The notes below the pieces were generated by a model. It did no database searches and was not told where the DNA came from. It worked only from the letters and a program-made list of their open reading frames with translations. From the NCBI GenBank assembly GCA_026914245.1, contig CP110439.1:2542001-2606000 (forward strand): a DNA stretch of 64,000 bases, written 5' to 3'. Below are positions 11,003-24,841 of the stretch, piece after piece (position 1 is the first letter of the stretch; each line of letters begins with the position of its first letter). The DNA is from Puccinia triticina. Lineage: Eukaryota. The position numbers and the translations under genes are program-made.

Positions 11003-12579
11003 GCGTGTGCGCTAGGTTGTGATGAGATGTCTGCTACATGTCACCAACTCCAAGGTTTGAGTTTAGTTTGAACTCAGGCTTTGGAGCGGCATGGACGCAC
11101 TCTGAACCATAATTTTCAGTTTTTCCATCAAAAGTCAAAGTTATACGTCTTGGCAAGCTGTTTGCCCGAAGTTTCTCCTCCTTTAAAGTTCATTACCCCG
11201 CCAACGCAGATCCCCTCCAACTTCCTGGTTTAGATCACAACCCCGCCGGCAGTATCCCCAGCTCCCTCTCAAAACAAAACCCGCCGACGCGCATCTCCAG
11301 CCGTCGTAAAATCAAACCCCCCCCCCCACGCTTTCACGACTCTCAGCGCTCACTCACGTCCAATCAACCCCGGAGGGCATACGCAGATTAGACCTTTCTT
11401 TTCCATTTCCCCTCCCCCAACTGCTTCCGGCCTAGCACCGGCAAGAGTTCCTCAACGTGGCAAACCAATCCAAACACGTGTGGGACCCAGCCAGCATGCA
11501 CATTTGATGCTTTTGTCACAAGCTTGCTCTGATTGTAAATGCGGGATTGGATGCCTTGTCCCTGAAGACTCTGCCTCCGGGGAAGGCCAAGCAATCGGTC
11601 CTCGGTTTCTTCCCTGTTCTTGGGAGGGTTCTTGAGGAGGACAAAACTGAATTCTTAGCTCCAGAACTCAAACCAGCCCCCGTTCCAAAAACAAACTCAG
11701 TTGAACTTGAACAAGATGACAACAAAGATTGGGCAAGTGACTATGGAAACGCTGATGACATTTCCAATGACGAGTCTGCTGCTGTGAATAAAGATCTGGC
11801 CAATTCATTTGCCAACACTAGTAGTCAAGGCCAACACACAAAGACTTTGAAACTCAAGGAGCTTCTCAGCAGACTTGATGTTGTGATCAAGAAGATTACT
11901 CAATCAGCGGCCCAGCGGGCCAATTTTGATTGAGTCGCAAAAGAAATGAATATCAAGGTGGCCCCGTTGATTGCTGGGTATGGCATACACTGGAATATTA
12001 AGTACCAGAGTTATTGCAAAGCCAATGACGCGCAGGAAGTTATTGATTGCTTGCTCAAGGAAGACCAGGGCCAAAACCAGCCAGGCCATTTTGAAGACGC
12101 TTTCTTCCTACCTCGTGATTGGAAGGAGATTGACAACCTCAATCAAGAGCTTGAGGTGTGTACAAAACCTACAAAATTCCTCCCATTGCATCATGATTGG
12201 GTTTTACTCATCTTTTTTGTATTTCTCCTCAGGTTTTTGTTGATCTAACGTCGCAGATGGAGGGTAATCAGCCAACCGGCGCCCACGTACTCCCAAAGTA
12301 CACGGAGCTCAAGGACCAGCTTTCCAAAAAGCTGAGTTGCTCCAAGGAAGAAGACACTTTGTACCCAATGTATTATGTGATGCTGCAAAGAGTCATCAAA
12401 TACTTGGATGAAGCTATGCTCTGCAAGACCCTTGTGCTTGCCACAATCTTGCATCCCTGCTTCCGAATGGACATTTTCAAACTTGCATTTGGAACCAAGA
12501 GTGTTGAAGTTACCAACTGTCTTGGGCTACTCAATCAGCGATTTCAAATCTACAAGGAGGAGCATAAGGCCAATATAAT

Positions 12580-13020
12580 TTGATCAATATATGCCATATT
12601 GATCAATATATGCCTTCCCAAATTCATCCATGTTTGTAGTGTAACCTTTGCCGGTGGATTGCAGGAAGTTGCCGTCCGCCAGGCTGATGAGAGACTTCTT
12701 GCAACAAAACCCGTGAAAGTAGGGTTGGTCGGAGAACATGTGATGACTTGCTCCCAAGTCAAGAAAGCAGACTTCACCTTCACCTGACATGTCAGCAGCC
12801 AGAGCCCGGCGTATTGCTACCAGACTGCTAGTTGTAGAGATGGATTTCAAGCGGGATTAATAGGAGGCTTGATCAACTGCTTATTTTGCCAATGGTCAAG
12901 ACTTGGAAGGTTTCTTCTTTGCCTCGATGTACTCTTTGGCCAAACACTTTGTCTTTGGGTTGTGCCAGCCGGGTTTGCAAATTGGCCTATTGGCTTTGAA
13001 GGCCGTTTCCTGTATGAAAC
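12580..13020 (-). pseudogene. Ty1/copia gag-protease fragment
   Basis: FLDLGASHHMF (degenerate LDSGASHHM protease motif) preceded by knuckle-like RPICKPGWHNPKTK. Confidence 0.7.
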
Positions 13021-13034
13021 TCCATAAAATATTA

Positions 13035-13106
13035 TGTGTCCTATGGGAGTTGAACCCATGTCTCTTATATCCATGTCAAGCATACTAACCACTGCACTAA
13101 GGACGC
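13035..13106 (-). pseudogene. tRNA-like 72-nt element (degenerate tRNA gene or SINE head)
   Basis: GCGTCCT/AGGACAC acceptor, A-box TAGTGCAGTGG, T arm ATGGG-TTCAACT-CCCAT, TTTT just downstream; anticodon arm defective. Confidence 0.65.
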
Positions 13107-15676
13107 TTGGATATGAATGGCTGCAGGTGGGTCAAAGAACATCCACTGGTGTCACATGAAGATCCCTAATTGAGGGTAAGACCTGTGATTGACAGGTCAT
13201 GAATGAGTGACACCAGCAGGTATGATAAAGCTAAGAGTAGCAGAACCACAAACTGACATCCTGCTTGATGGTGGGAGTAAACAATGAACCAGCAACACAA
13301 GATTGACAACGCTTGCTGTCAAGGTCTTCCTTCACGCTGGCTACCCTGAGTGCACTGTGAAAAAAACTCAAGAACGCGCTGTCAGTTGACATGCGCAATC
13401 CAGGGTGAGACTTCCAGGACATCCGGTTCATTCCGTGATTAATCACAGGGCAGCTCAGCATCATAGCTCAGTATCATGCACCAAGGTCCTGAGCTGTACT
13501 GGTTCTCATTGGTCATCAACAAGGGGATGTATTTCCATACACATAATACAAGCCCTTGGGAAGAATTCTACCAGGTCAACCAGAATATTTGTCCATGTTG
13601 ACTAGGATTAATCCCTCCCATCCCAGGTGTGGTCAACAAGGCTAGATGAAAGGGCACTCATGTTGATTGTTGACCAGGAGGAATCCCTCCCAGTCAACAC
13701 AATACAGCTGATTGTGGACCAGGAGAAGATTCTGGTTATCCAGAAGTATCAGAGCTTACTGCTGGTCAAGGACAAGGAAAACCTCAAGCTGCTTGCAAAG
13801 CTTGAAGAGCTCAAAGAGGAGCTCCGCCATCCCATGACAAAGGCCCGGCTCATCAAGAACCTCTCCCCAGCAAGGCTGCACCACAAGACTAGCACCCATT
13901 CACTCACCCAATCCAGCCCCCGCCCACACAACCAACACATCACCATGGCCCGCTTGGTCTCACGCACCACCATCAACAAAAAATCCAGAGCCGGTGAACT
14001 TGCGAGGGCTAACCAACAGATTGTTGGCCTCAAGTTCATCGCTAAACAGGCTAACAAGGAGCGGAGAAAGCTTGAGAAAATCAAAACCAAGCTCAAGGAA
14101 CTCAATTAAGCTGCCTCTCTCTCTTACTCCACGATTTTTTTACAGGAGACTAATAGGGGCACACAGACAAGATAACCGGGTATTAGAGCAGAAGCTGGCT
14201 GGCTTGGTCAAGCTGGGAAAGACGGTGTGTCCGTTGAGTAGTAGGATGAGGTCGGAGACAATTGGGCCACACCTGCTGGCGGGTACCTGCCAACGGATAG
14301 CAGTTGCAAATTGACAATCTCTAGTAAATGTGATTAAATAATTAACTTGTGAGATCAAGTAAGACTAGATGTGATTGTTAGCATGTTCAGTGGATCTGCA
14401 CACTTTTGAATGAAGATAAATCACATATTTTGATGTGTAACATGCTAGGGAAAAAATAATGTAGATTCTTGTGACATCTAATGAATTTTTAAGTAAAATT
14501 TACATTATTACACTTGTATATGACAGAAAAATGTGGCCTAATGCATTTAAATATGTTTCATTGTGATTGATCTTACCACACCCGTTTTGGTGGATGCCAG
14601 CCTGGCCACACACTGGTGATGTCCAGCAGTCAATTCAGTCCCTCAATTGGAACCTTTGACTGGGCCAATTGGAAATGAGGGTTAGTTATCTCATCAGTGA
14701 CAATAATCTAAAGATAGTGCTGCACATATATTTGTGAAAGACCAGTTGATCAACAGCTGTGAGAAATCAAGGAGAGAAGACTCCGAGAGAAGCAAACAAG
14801 ATGGGAAACAACTTGCTACCTAATTGGTACAAGGTGAGTGACACAGTGAAATGAGTGTGTAAGGAAGAAGGAAAAGAACAAGTGGTACTAGAAGGGTGAA
14901 AGTGATACATGAGAGTAATGAAACCTAATGTATGAGAGACAAGCTTGAGGATCCGCGCTGAATAATCCCAAAACCTAATCACACTATCTGTACACGTGTG
15001 ACATCCATTCTTTATCATTACAATATTCTGTGTCATTGATAATGTTATGATCAAAAGAGATAAAATAAAATAGCACACCTGGAGGACACCTTTCTTTGCA
15101 GTCATTACAAGCTGATGCAGAAGGGCAGAAGGTAAATAATATTTTTGGCTCAGGCAGTTCTAACAAAAACTGGCCTGTTACATCACAGACAAGGCCCTAA
15201 AAGAAGTTTTCTGTTTTTGGAATAATCCAGAGATAGCAACAGGTAGCTTTTTTTTACACAGATAAAACATGTTATTTTAGCATGTTATAGCTACCTATTG
15301 CTGCCGCCATAGCAGCTGCCATTACTATGTATTCACTGAAGCCCAATATCATTCTAGAAAGTATCAGAATGAACATCTTGACTGGCCAATGGCACTGCAC
15401 CATCTTGGTGATCGAAGTTCAAAAAAACATTTTGCAGGCGCGGGGCTACATTGAAGAGGGTCGAGGCACTGTATCTCAATATTTACAGAATAGAAAGGGC
15501 AAGATGAATAAAAACACTGGGCAATAAATCGGATGCAAACTAACGATTCGAACTATATACACGACCAAAGCAAAGGCGTGGAACTCGAATATGTTGAGGT
15601 TCTTAGGATGCTTCCCCAAACAACAGCTCACAGACAGTTGTTAATGGACACGAAGGGGGTGGGGAGGAATTAAGGA

Positions 15677-17817
15677 TTATCTGGTTCTGGACAGATTGCG
15701 GGGAGGGATGAGAATACTCTCGGTGTGCCGCTCGTTGAGCAATGGGGGCAATCTGAATTCGGAGCTTGAGGGTGAACTTGAGAAGGCCGAGTGGGTGGGC
15801 GAGTTGTCGCGTTTGATGGCCACGACCCGGAGGGCGACCGGGGGCGGGAAAGAACCGGGACCGGGTCGGACGGGGTTGGGCAGGGGCGGCAGACAGCGGC
15901 TTGAAAACAACGATCTGGAGGTGGTCACGGTTGGTTCATCAGCCGAACAGGACCGTCGGGCTTGGGCGCATGAAATGCTGGTGGACGGTTGCGAAGGACA
16001 ACCCAAGTTGATTGAAGTGTGTTCTTGCCCCTCTCCTGTCGCACTGCTAAAACCAGGATGAGCTCCAGTGGAAGGCATACTCTCTCCGCGTGACTGCCAC
16101 GGCGCTCGGTTTTGAGCATGTGGATGGTGGCTTGGTGGCGAACTCGAGCGGGAAGATGAATTAGACTCGGTAGGAGACACCTGATCGGGTGAAAAGTCGT
16201 AGACGGAACTTGATGACTGGGGCTCAAAGGGCTGTGGTCGAGGATTTTCATCAGTCGAGCGCGAGAGTCGGGTCAAGGAATAACTGTTCAGATTGACGGC
16301 TGTATCGGCGTGGGGCTGATCCAATCTCATGGAACCAATGTTCAAGTATTGGGATGGTGGGCGCTGGGAGGCGACGTGTGAGTTCAGATGTGATTTGGCC
16401 GTATGTGAGCTCCACCTAGGGCGTACAGCATGATGGCTGGCCAAGTGGTCAGGGAGGATTGCTGATTTCGATTGAGGATCGGTGCTTGACCGGCGCGGCG
16501 ATAGAGGATCAGCGGGATAATCATGGCAGGGGGCATCGGGAGCGCGCCGGGGCAGCCACTTGCGGGTATAGGGAGAGCAAGGGGTACTGGGGATGTTCCG
16601 TCGATGAGAGCCGGACGGACTGCGTAGTTGCAGCTCAGACCTAGGCAATCGATCGGAGACAGACGCGTCTTGTGGCGAGGAGGGCCTAGTAGCTAGCTGG
16701 CAGCGATCGTGAGCAGATCGACGAACCAGTCCATCTGGGATGGTATTGACCCCTAGAACAGTTGGCTGGAAGGGCGGCAGTAAGGATGCTGACGAGAAGG
16801 TTGGGCTGGATGCATCGGTTGAGCTGAACGGATGGGGTGGGAGAGATTTTATTGTCAGTATGTTGAAACTGGTACACCACGTTCGCAAATGACCCGAAAA
16901 CGCAACCATATCAGCAATCCAGTGGTAGTACCACGGAAATCTCCCCGATAAAAGTGGAGAAAGCAGAAAGCACGAAGTTTTGTTTTATGGTTTGGTAGTA
17001 AAGAAAAGGCAAATCATGAGGTAATTACCAATTGAGCATGGTTGAAACGCTGGGCAGCAACAGCTCAGGAGCAGAGCTCTTCACCCGGCCATAAGAAGCT
17101 CGACTTCGGTCTTGCTGGGAAGTAGATGGCTGCGGTCGGTCATGCAGGGTTGCTTGCGAGTTGGATGGTGCTTTCTGGCGGTTAACCTTTGCTCGTCTAT
17201 TCTGGAACCACACCTAAGGAAATGGGCAGGTACAGCCAGCTCAGCGATGGCTGCACTGAGACAATCACCAAACCAACAGCGCAAATGGGGCAGATGAAGC
17301 AACTTACTTGAACTTCACGATTGGACATTCCCAATTTTGCACCAATTGCTTCCCGTAGATCGAACGTGGGTGTGTCAGTCTTCAGGACCAGGTGTGGGAT
17401 TCACGCGAGACGTCAGTTATTTTGAGATCTTAATTCATGCTAGCGGGGGAAGATCTTGACAGCAGAACTGATGGCGACGGGTAGCAAAATCACGGTGGCT
17501 GGGTGTCTCAGAGGCCGGCGCGCCAGACTCACATATTCAAATAGATTCGATAACACCTCCAATTGCTCCGGAGTGATTCTTTTTCGCTTGGGTCGTGGAA
17601 CGCCTAGTTGGAGCGATCTGGCCGAGTTGTCGCTGGATGGGATGACCGTTGGGAGCCTTGCAAGGTAGAGCTGAGGTTGATGAGCCGATGAGTTCCACTT
17701 CTGATGTGCATAGATTGAAACCTCGCCATTGGGATTGGATTGGGAGTTTGGCGATGGAGAGGCCTGCTGAGACATTGCTTGAGTCGGAGAAACCACTGAT
17801 GGTCCAAAGGATGACAT
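15677..17817 (-). CDS. Homeodomain transcription factor; exons 17817-17533, 17379-17308, 17213-17029, 16868-15677
   Basis: Spliced RPKRKRITPEQLEVLSNLFEY-TDTPTFDLREAIGAKLGMSNREVQ-VWFQNRRAK; GT-AG introns keep frame; S/P-rich tail. Confidence 0.9.
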
Positions 17818-20800
17818 GATTTACAAAAGAAAAGAAAGATATATCTCAATATCTATATAGGAATGTATATATAATGAATTAAAAGGTACAGTTGATAAGG
17901 TGAACAAGAAGTATTGCTCGATGACTGGTAAAGAAAATAATGAATGTTCTATTTGCAGCGCAGGGCAAGAGAGGAGGAGGAGGGAGGCGGATTCAAGTTC
18001 AACAAAGCTATTATTTATGAATTATCTATACTTATGGGGAGAATCAGAATGTGAAGCTTCGGGAGGACAAGAATCTCGATTCTTGGTTGGTTGGTGATCT
18101 GGAAGGCGAAAAGAAGAAAGATGGAAAGAAAGTCAAGCCAAGGATGATTAGATCAAGCAACCTGATAGTGATGTGGAAGCAGTCGACGAGATCATGTATG
18201 TATGTATGTACAAGTGTTCAGTTTTTTACCTGGTGTAGAATGAACGATCAGAGAAAGTGGAAGATAATACGTCTCAGGTTTATTTAAGTTGAAAATGAAA
18301 TGCTTAAGAGAGATGCAGACAAGGACAGGAAGATATGTACAGCGCAGGGAAAGACTAAGGAAAATAATGAGGAAAAAACCCGCTTATTCTTGAAAGTGAG
18401 GTGCTTTGAATGGTTATAAGTATGTAATGCCTATTATAAATTAACAATTCAGGTGATTTGTCGATGAGTTCGTGGAAGGATTCTTTTTTTGTGATCTATG
18501 GAATTGGCATGCCTTCATGAAGCCCAAGGCGAAAAAGGAAAAGATGGAAGAGAGACGAGGGGGGAAAGCGATCAAGTTAAAGTATTGCGAAAAAAAAGAG
18601 CCAAGATATTCTGGATGACTCAAACGTGGAGAGAGGGAAACATGTGAGTTCGTTGGCCAGCAGCCGGAGGGAAGGGATTTGATTCGTTGAGCTAGTAGGG
18701 GGAACTACACGAGCCTAATAATAAAGGCCCATGAACCGAAGACTCAAATTTCCCCAGTGCTGTCAGCTTGGGTACAGTCAGCTTATGTAATCACATGGTA
18801 GCTTCCTTTTTTTCTCTTTTTATCAATCACTGAACAGGTAGGCGTGCGTGTGGGTATTGGGTACATAAATTTTAAAATAGTCAATCTCTTTGTCGAAGGA
18901 AAGTATGATTGAACAAAGATTTTGTACGAATCCAGCTCAAGCTAGGCGCTGGGCCATTCCAACCCGGGTAAAAAGAAGCTGAATTTACACATGTATTGAT
19001 GTGGATGATGAAAGGCCTATCACTGGGCGTGTACAGTGCACGTCGATGGCCTTCGTAGAAGTTTACAAAGGAGGCAGAGAACAGAACCACATTTTCTGTA
19101 CAAGAAGGAAAGGTGGGAGACGATATGTACTCAACTGTAACGAGCTCTGTGTATTGGCCACGCCGACCGCTCTCCGCTGCGACTTTTTGCCTACGGTTCG
19201 TGGATTCCTACGAGCTTCTCTGTGCGGATAACTTGGCTTCGAATCTCCTTAAATCAAGCACCGTAACATCCACCGGCTACGGGTGAGAAGACAGTAATAT
19301 GCCAAATCGAAATGGAAGTGAGTAATGACAGATGAATTATGTATGTAAGTATGTATCTATCGTCCACGTTGCTGGTAGATTCACATTTGCTCAATTGCCG
19401 CTTTCCTACTGACTGGCCAGTTCGAAGCTGTTCGAAGGCTTCGTGAAGAGCTCGTGGTAAATATGTCAAGTTACAAACAAAGGTGTCGGTGTGAAATGTT
19501 AAATACACGTTGTGGAATTGATTGAAATGGAAATTATAGAATGAACAAGCGATGGCAGTTCCTGGCAGTTCACAAGCTAGTGATAGAGCCAAGAAGTTCG
19601 ACAAAAGCTCTTAAAGACTTGTCAAGGCTGTCGTCGCTAATGTGTTGAGAATCCATTCATTCTTTTCATCTCGCAAAATTTGCATCCGTCCATCCATTCA
19701 GGGCGTTACCCTGCCATGATGCCCCCGAGAGCTTGTGTAGCAAAATGATTTCGGGAGAAACCCCCCGCGATCAAGGTGGTTGGGGCTGAGCGGTCTGAAT
19801 TCTTGAAAGCTCTTTGATTATGATATTTTGCGATTTAGCTCCACATACTCTAGGATCGGCCAGGCGGGTCGATTCCAAACTACTTCAAGTTCAAGTCAAA
19901 TTTCACTGATGAAGCCATTGGCACATTGAAGGCTAATATGTAGCAATAATGGTCTAGATTTTCAACCCGGTGAATCTTTCTGTGAGCTTATACCGGATGC
20001 ACATAAGTACGTATTTACATAACTGAATTTATGCATGATGTAAATGTTTTCATGCTATTCCTTTCCTGGAGAAACAAGAAAAGTTCCATTTATTAACATT
20101 AATGGGGAAGATGTTGACTTTGCAATCACCAACCGCTCGCGCTAAGCAGTGTGATTCCAATTCGGCCATGAAATCTGAGCAATAAACCCTGCGTAATAGA
20201 TAAAGCATGAGGATGACAAAGAATCCCAATGGCTGTGATGCCAGATGGCGATTGGCCTAGATGAGCTGATCATGGTGAATTGTAATTTGTATCAGAGTTG
20301 GCTTGGAGGTTGTGCCAAATTATACCTATTTTTGTAAGTATTTATCGTTGATTTTATCCAACTGGTATCTTAGATCAACTGTGACGATGCGCACATCTCT
20401 CTAAATTTTTTGGGGAAAGAAGATGATGAAGCACTTGAAGAATAAACTTGGAACGATAATTATCCACTACCACCCATCGAGATCCGAATCGACATCTATT
20501 TTTTACATATTACGCAAAATTCTCTCGAGAGGGTTTGATTCTGGACCGACAGAGCTCGTTGAAATCGAGCCGCGGGAGCGATATGTGGAAGCTCTCGCCG
20601 GTGGAAGCTCAGGTGGTTAACAAAACAACTTAACGAGCCTCTCTGTTACCAACTGGACGATATGCTTCAGGATTTACGCCGCCTTTCCACTCCCTGGTGC
20701 AATGCCCTTTGATATTTGATCGGCCTAGGTTGAGCGTATCACACGTGTCGAACAGGATGCTGGAGGCTGATTGTCCAGTTTAAATTTGATCTGCGTGGAT

Positions 20801-21623
20801 TAAAAAAACTTGTTGGTGGTCCTCAGAAGATCATCTGTATGTATGTACTGGCCTTGGCATCTCAAGAGCTAGCAATGTACAGACCCTTGCAAATATACCG
20901 CCGCCGCCACCACCATCATCATCATCAATTTTTCCGGCTTCCATCATCCCTCATCGTCCCTCGATACACATTGTTCTAAAGGCCTCGTGGCTTCCTGCTA
21001 TATATGTACCCCGACGGCGGTCTTCTTAACGCATGTATGCAATCATAGCAGCGACGGAAATACGGCTTTCGGAGGATTTCGGCGTGGCTTCCGAGATACG
21101 GACGGGAAATGGCCATGTGCGCCGTGGGTGAATCCCAGGGTAACAACATCTGGAGGATCTTTCGATCAAAGGTAAGTCACATAGGGCCACATAGTGCCGT
21201 CAAGTGGCTAGAACGTAATAAGGAGGTGGCTAGCAGTAGCTGGAGCCTCTGCCTGAGTCCTTGATAGCTCCGTTTGACCCTTCCGCTCCATACTTGAATG
21301 GACGTCAGGTGGATAATTGTGGCCCTGTATTGAGCGCTGGTAAGCGTAGGGAGACTTTCAGAAGGCCGAACAGGAATTGTTTATCAATCGTAATATGTGT
21401 CACACTTTCGGGCCGGGCTTGTGCGTCTCTCCCTTGATGATTCCGAGTGGAATGATTTTGAGATGAGACACCCGAAGGCATTGGCATTGTAGATACAAAT
21501 CCTTGTGCTCTGATCCATCGTTTCAGTAGGGTCATAGATAAACTCATGGAAAGGACTGCCGATGTGAACATAGAGCATCGGAATGAGAAAGAGAACTATG
21601 ATTATTACGAGTCAGGAATAATT

Positions 21624-21762
21624 GGAGGACTTCCCGTCAATCTGCAGCCCCCTGCTGAACCAGATCTGCAGCCAGAAAACCTTAATTTTTGCGGGGAAAT
21701 GCTGTCCCAGAGGCTGTAGATCTGGTTCTGCAGGGTCTGTAGATCTCAACGGGAAGTCCTCC
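21624..21762. mobile_element. MITE, 139 bp
   Basis: TIR GGAGGACTTCCCGT/ACGGGAAGTCCTCC extended by imperfect inner arms; ATT on both flanks. Confidence 0.8.
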
Positions 21763-24662
21763 ATTGGAGAACTTTCGTCGGCTAAAGCCTAAAACTGTTG
21801 ATGCAGAAGGAAAGGCTAAACCTTACTTGCTGGCCTTCTAAGTCATGCCATGTAGGCCACGGGGAGTCCTCAATTATGATAGGAGAAATGTTTAAATCCC
21901 ATCATTAATCATTCTTCTGATTTAATGTACAAAATGAGCCGGGGAAACCTAATCATCAGTTCTTTATTGCAATTGATTTCAACCATTTACCACTCATTCC
22001 TCCTTAGAAAAACTTTCTTGGAATCGGGGCTGGTAGGGGGGGGGGGGAGGAGATACATCAGTTGCGATTTTGGACTTGCTTCAGCTTGTCTTCATCAAAC
22101 GTGCCACAACAGTCAAATCTTGCGAACGTTGCGTTTATATGCACGTGAGTAGAAGCCGATTCTCTCGTTGCCCCCTCCCATCCACCCCCGTAACATTGCA
22201 CCTCTTCCAACCTGCTCACAGAGGCATGCAGATAAAACAGAATCTAGCCCAAAAAATATAAATGATACAATCAGATCTGCGACTGGCTGTGCACTCCAAT
22301 GGGTTTGCGGAACTCGCCGATGAATCGGACGAGGCTGTCCAAGCATTTATGTACTTGGTACTGGGCTATTCATGCTCTAGCTCCCTGAGAAAACTACGAG
22401 TACGACGGATACCACATGCAAGAAATAAGGCATTCAGCACTTCCTGATTGCGGCTGTCCGTTGAGACCGCTACCCCAAATCTAGCGTAGATGCTCTAAAA
22501 AGTTAAACCCACCGGGATTAATGGCTTCATTTCTTCTAAAGATCAGTCCAAATTGATCGGTCTCTCCCCACAAATTCAATGAACTGAACAATGTGAACTG
22601 TGAGCCTCAAAAAGAGGAAGGAGTTTGCATCAGGTGAGGGACTAAACTGAGTCCCTGCTGTTGATTACTGGACAAACAATCAAAACCCTTTTTTTTTATA
22701 AGTGTAAGTTTTGCCCTTGGCATTTCACACTATGAATATCATGATATCTACCTACAAGCATTTTTTATTTTCATGTTTTGTAGTTTGTTCTTTCCAGTAC
22801 TTGTTTCTATGGGGCCAAATCCTGTAGAGGATGTGGCAATCTTAACAACTAGGGACAATGAGATGTGATGTGGGTTTGTGGGGTGGATGGGGTGCAACCA
22901 TTTTTCAGGTTGATTCAATTGGGTAACGGGTATTGAAATTGAAGGGTTTTTATACATCTAAAGAGGACAACTAATAAGTGGGTTAAAGGTTGAATGGGTG
23001 GTGTGTAGTTGTCCAAGGGCAGAAGTGGTAGCGGCCAGGGGTTGGGTCCACGGGGATTCAAACGCCTGACTTGTCACTCTCTTCAAAGTGATTATACTAT
23101 GTTGTTGCAGGGGAGACACCAAGCTTCTGTGGGTGATGGTTACTGCTAGGCCATCTGGACCCATCAAAACACCTTGACCCACCACAGTCTTTATTTAAAA
23201 CACAGCCATCCCCAAATACATGACTTAGTGTAGCTCAATGGTGTTTGACCAGATTCTTGAGATTCATTGTGGCAATAAATGCACATGCTTCATTAATTGA
23301 CTCCCAAAAATCAAAGTTCTGACTCCCAAAAGGTGAACACATTGGCAAGAATGTAATTGGATGTCCAGCCTGGTTCCCCTGGACCAAAATTTTACTTAGG
23401 GCAATTTTGGGAGTTGGAAGTCAAATTCTTTATGTAATGGATGATTTTTGACAACTTCTGTTGAAACTGCAACAGCCCAGGGTCCATTTCTCTCCCTGTC
23501 ACACGTCTGTCACTCCTTTTCCCTCCCTCCAGATGAATATGCTTGTTCACCTTCTGCCCACAACTTGTCCCTCAGTTGTAATAGCTACAAAGTCTGCTCA
23601 TCTAGATAATGAAAACCCATCAGCTTCTGCGCGCTTTTCCCTGAAGTGAGACCAGTGAGTCTCTTGTAGTGAGGAGCCTTTTTCCTCCTCACAGCTAGCA
23701 GCTTGAGCCCTCTCTGGGGTTCCTTCTCCTTTTTGGTTGCCTCAGAGCTTTTCTCCTCTAGGCCTCAAACCTCACTTGAGCTTTCTTCCTCAAGTCCTCA
23801 TCTGCTCTCCGGTCGTCTTTTCAACAACTTCAATAGTAAAAGCCAATGATCATTTGTTTGGTTTTTGGCAGCTTTTACAATTAACATACAAGGCAATATT
23901 GCAACAATATTAGTCTACTGTTGCTATGGCCTCTTTTTTTCTGGACAAAACAGCTATTGTGTTATCCACACTTAATTTAGTGAGGGTGACTTCCAATTAC
24001 AATAGGGAGGTTCAAACTTTAGCTTGAGTTCCATCTTTTACTGACTATTCAGCAACCACTAAATCAGAATAACTCAAAAAGTACTCAACAATTTGCCCAT
24101 GAGCACTTTCAAATTTGCAATTTTATCCCCCTGAATACACTACCAAGCACACAGAAATTGAGCTGGTCACAATCAAGTTTCATCTTGCGCCAGGGGACTT
24201 ATGTCAATCAATACCAATAATGGGTAGTTACAATATAAATTAATATCTTGCCTATCTGAGTATTTTACTGTGAATACCTTGCATTAACAGATGACAAAAT
24301 AATGTGAGTTTGAAGAAGAAGTTTTGGCCTGTCAGATATTTTGACTGGTTTGTTGACCAATGTTTTATTGAAAATTTTCAATATCCTTTATCAATGTCAG
24401 AACAGGAGTCACTTGATCCTGTATCAGAGTTAACCACCCAGCTGTACCGGAATCTTGATTAGTGCTGCCAAGATTCCCAAGATCTAGCTGAATTGAAGGT
24501 TTGTCTGTATGATTGGGATCCGGATCAACAATTTCAGGAAGGGGTGAGGTTGCATTAATAACGTCATTGGGTGGAGCTGATGGGGTTTGTTGGGCTCCCT
24601 GGAACATTGTGAGCGTTGCTGGATTAATAACGTCATTGGGTGGAGCTGATGGAGTTCATTTA

Positions 24663-24841
24663 TGGTTTTCAAAGTTGGAATTCATGCATGCATAAATGCT
24701 TAAATCATAAATTCATAAAAATTCTTTGGCTGGGAAAGCCAAACATTACTTAAGCAGATTGGTGAGATCCCCTGCAAACAAAGTTTTATGAATTTATGAT
24801 TTATGCATTTATACATGCATGAACTTCAACTTTGAAGACCA
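24663..24841. mobile_element. Fold-back MITE
   Basis: ~60-bp imperfect TIRs TGGTTTTCAAAGTTGGAATTCATGCATG / CATGCATGAACTTCAACTTTGAAGACCA; a second right end at ~25963-25998. Confidence 0.75.

Larger units (their letters stand above)
1953..11454 (+). mobile_element. Gypsy solo LTR (1953-2329 + 11007-11454) interrupted by a related full-length Gypsy
   Basis: Starts TGTGGTGG and ends GCACCGGCAAGAGTTCCTCA, like the inner LTR ends; flanks ATGT/ACGT (4-bp TSD, one transition); removal restores hAT frame NDNVANQSKHVWDP. Confidence 0.85.
1465..12572 (+). pseudogene. Degenerate hAT transposase split by nested LTR insertions (pieces 1465-1952 and 11455-~12572)
   Basis: Translations align with the intact hAT at 56814-60022 (AFSYANPKALLYGRRWSA, HDVWTTKGNRFAF, DSGANNNTMA, CFCHKLALIVNAGL, ATILHPCFR); GT-AG introns 1588-1656 and ~12156-12232; TGA stops at expected Arg codons. 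Confidence 0.9.

Noticed and set aside
13627..14109. 160-aa basic coiled-coil ORF
   Set aside because: No recognisable motif; lies in degenerate repeat debris
22748..24360. Possible LTR or TE remnants
   Set aside because: No termini, TSD or protein motif could be established
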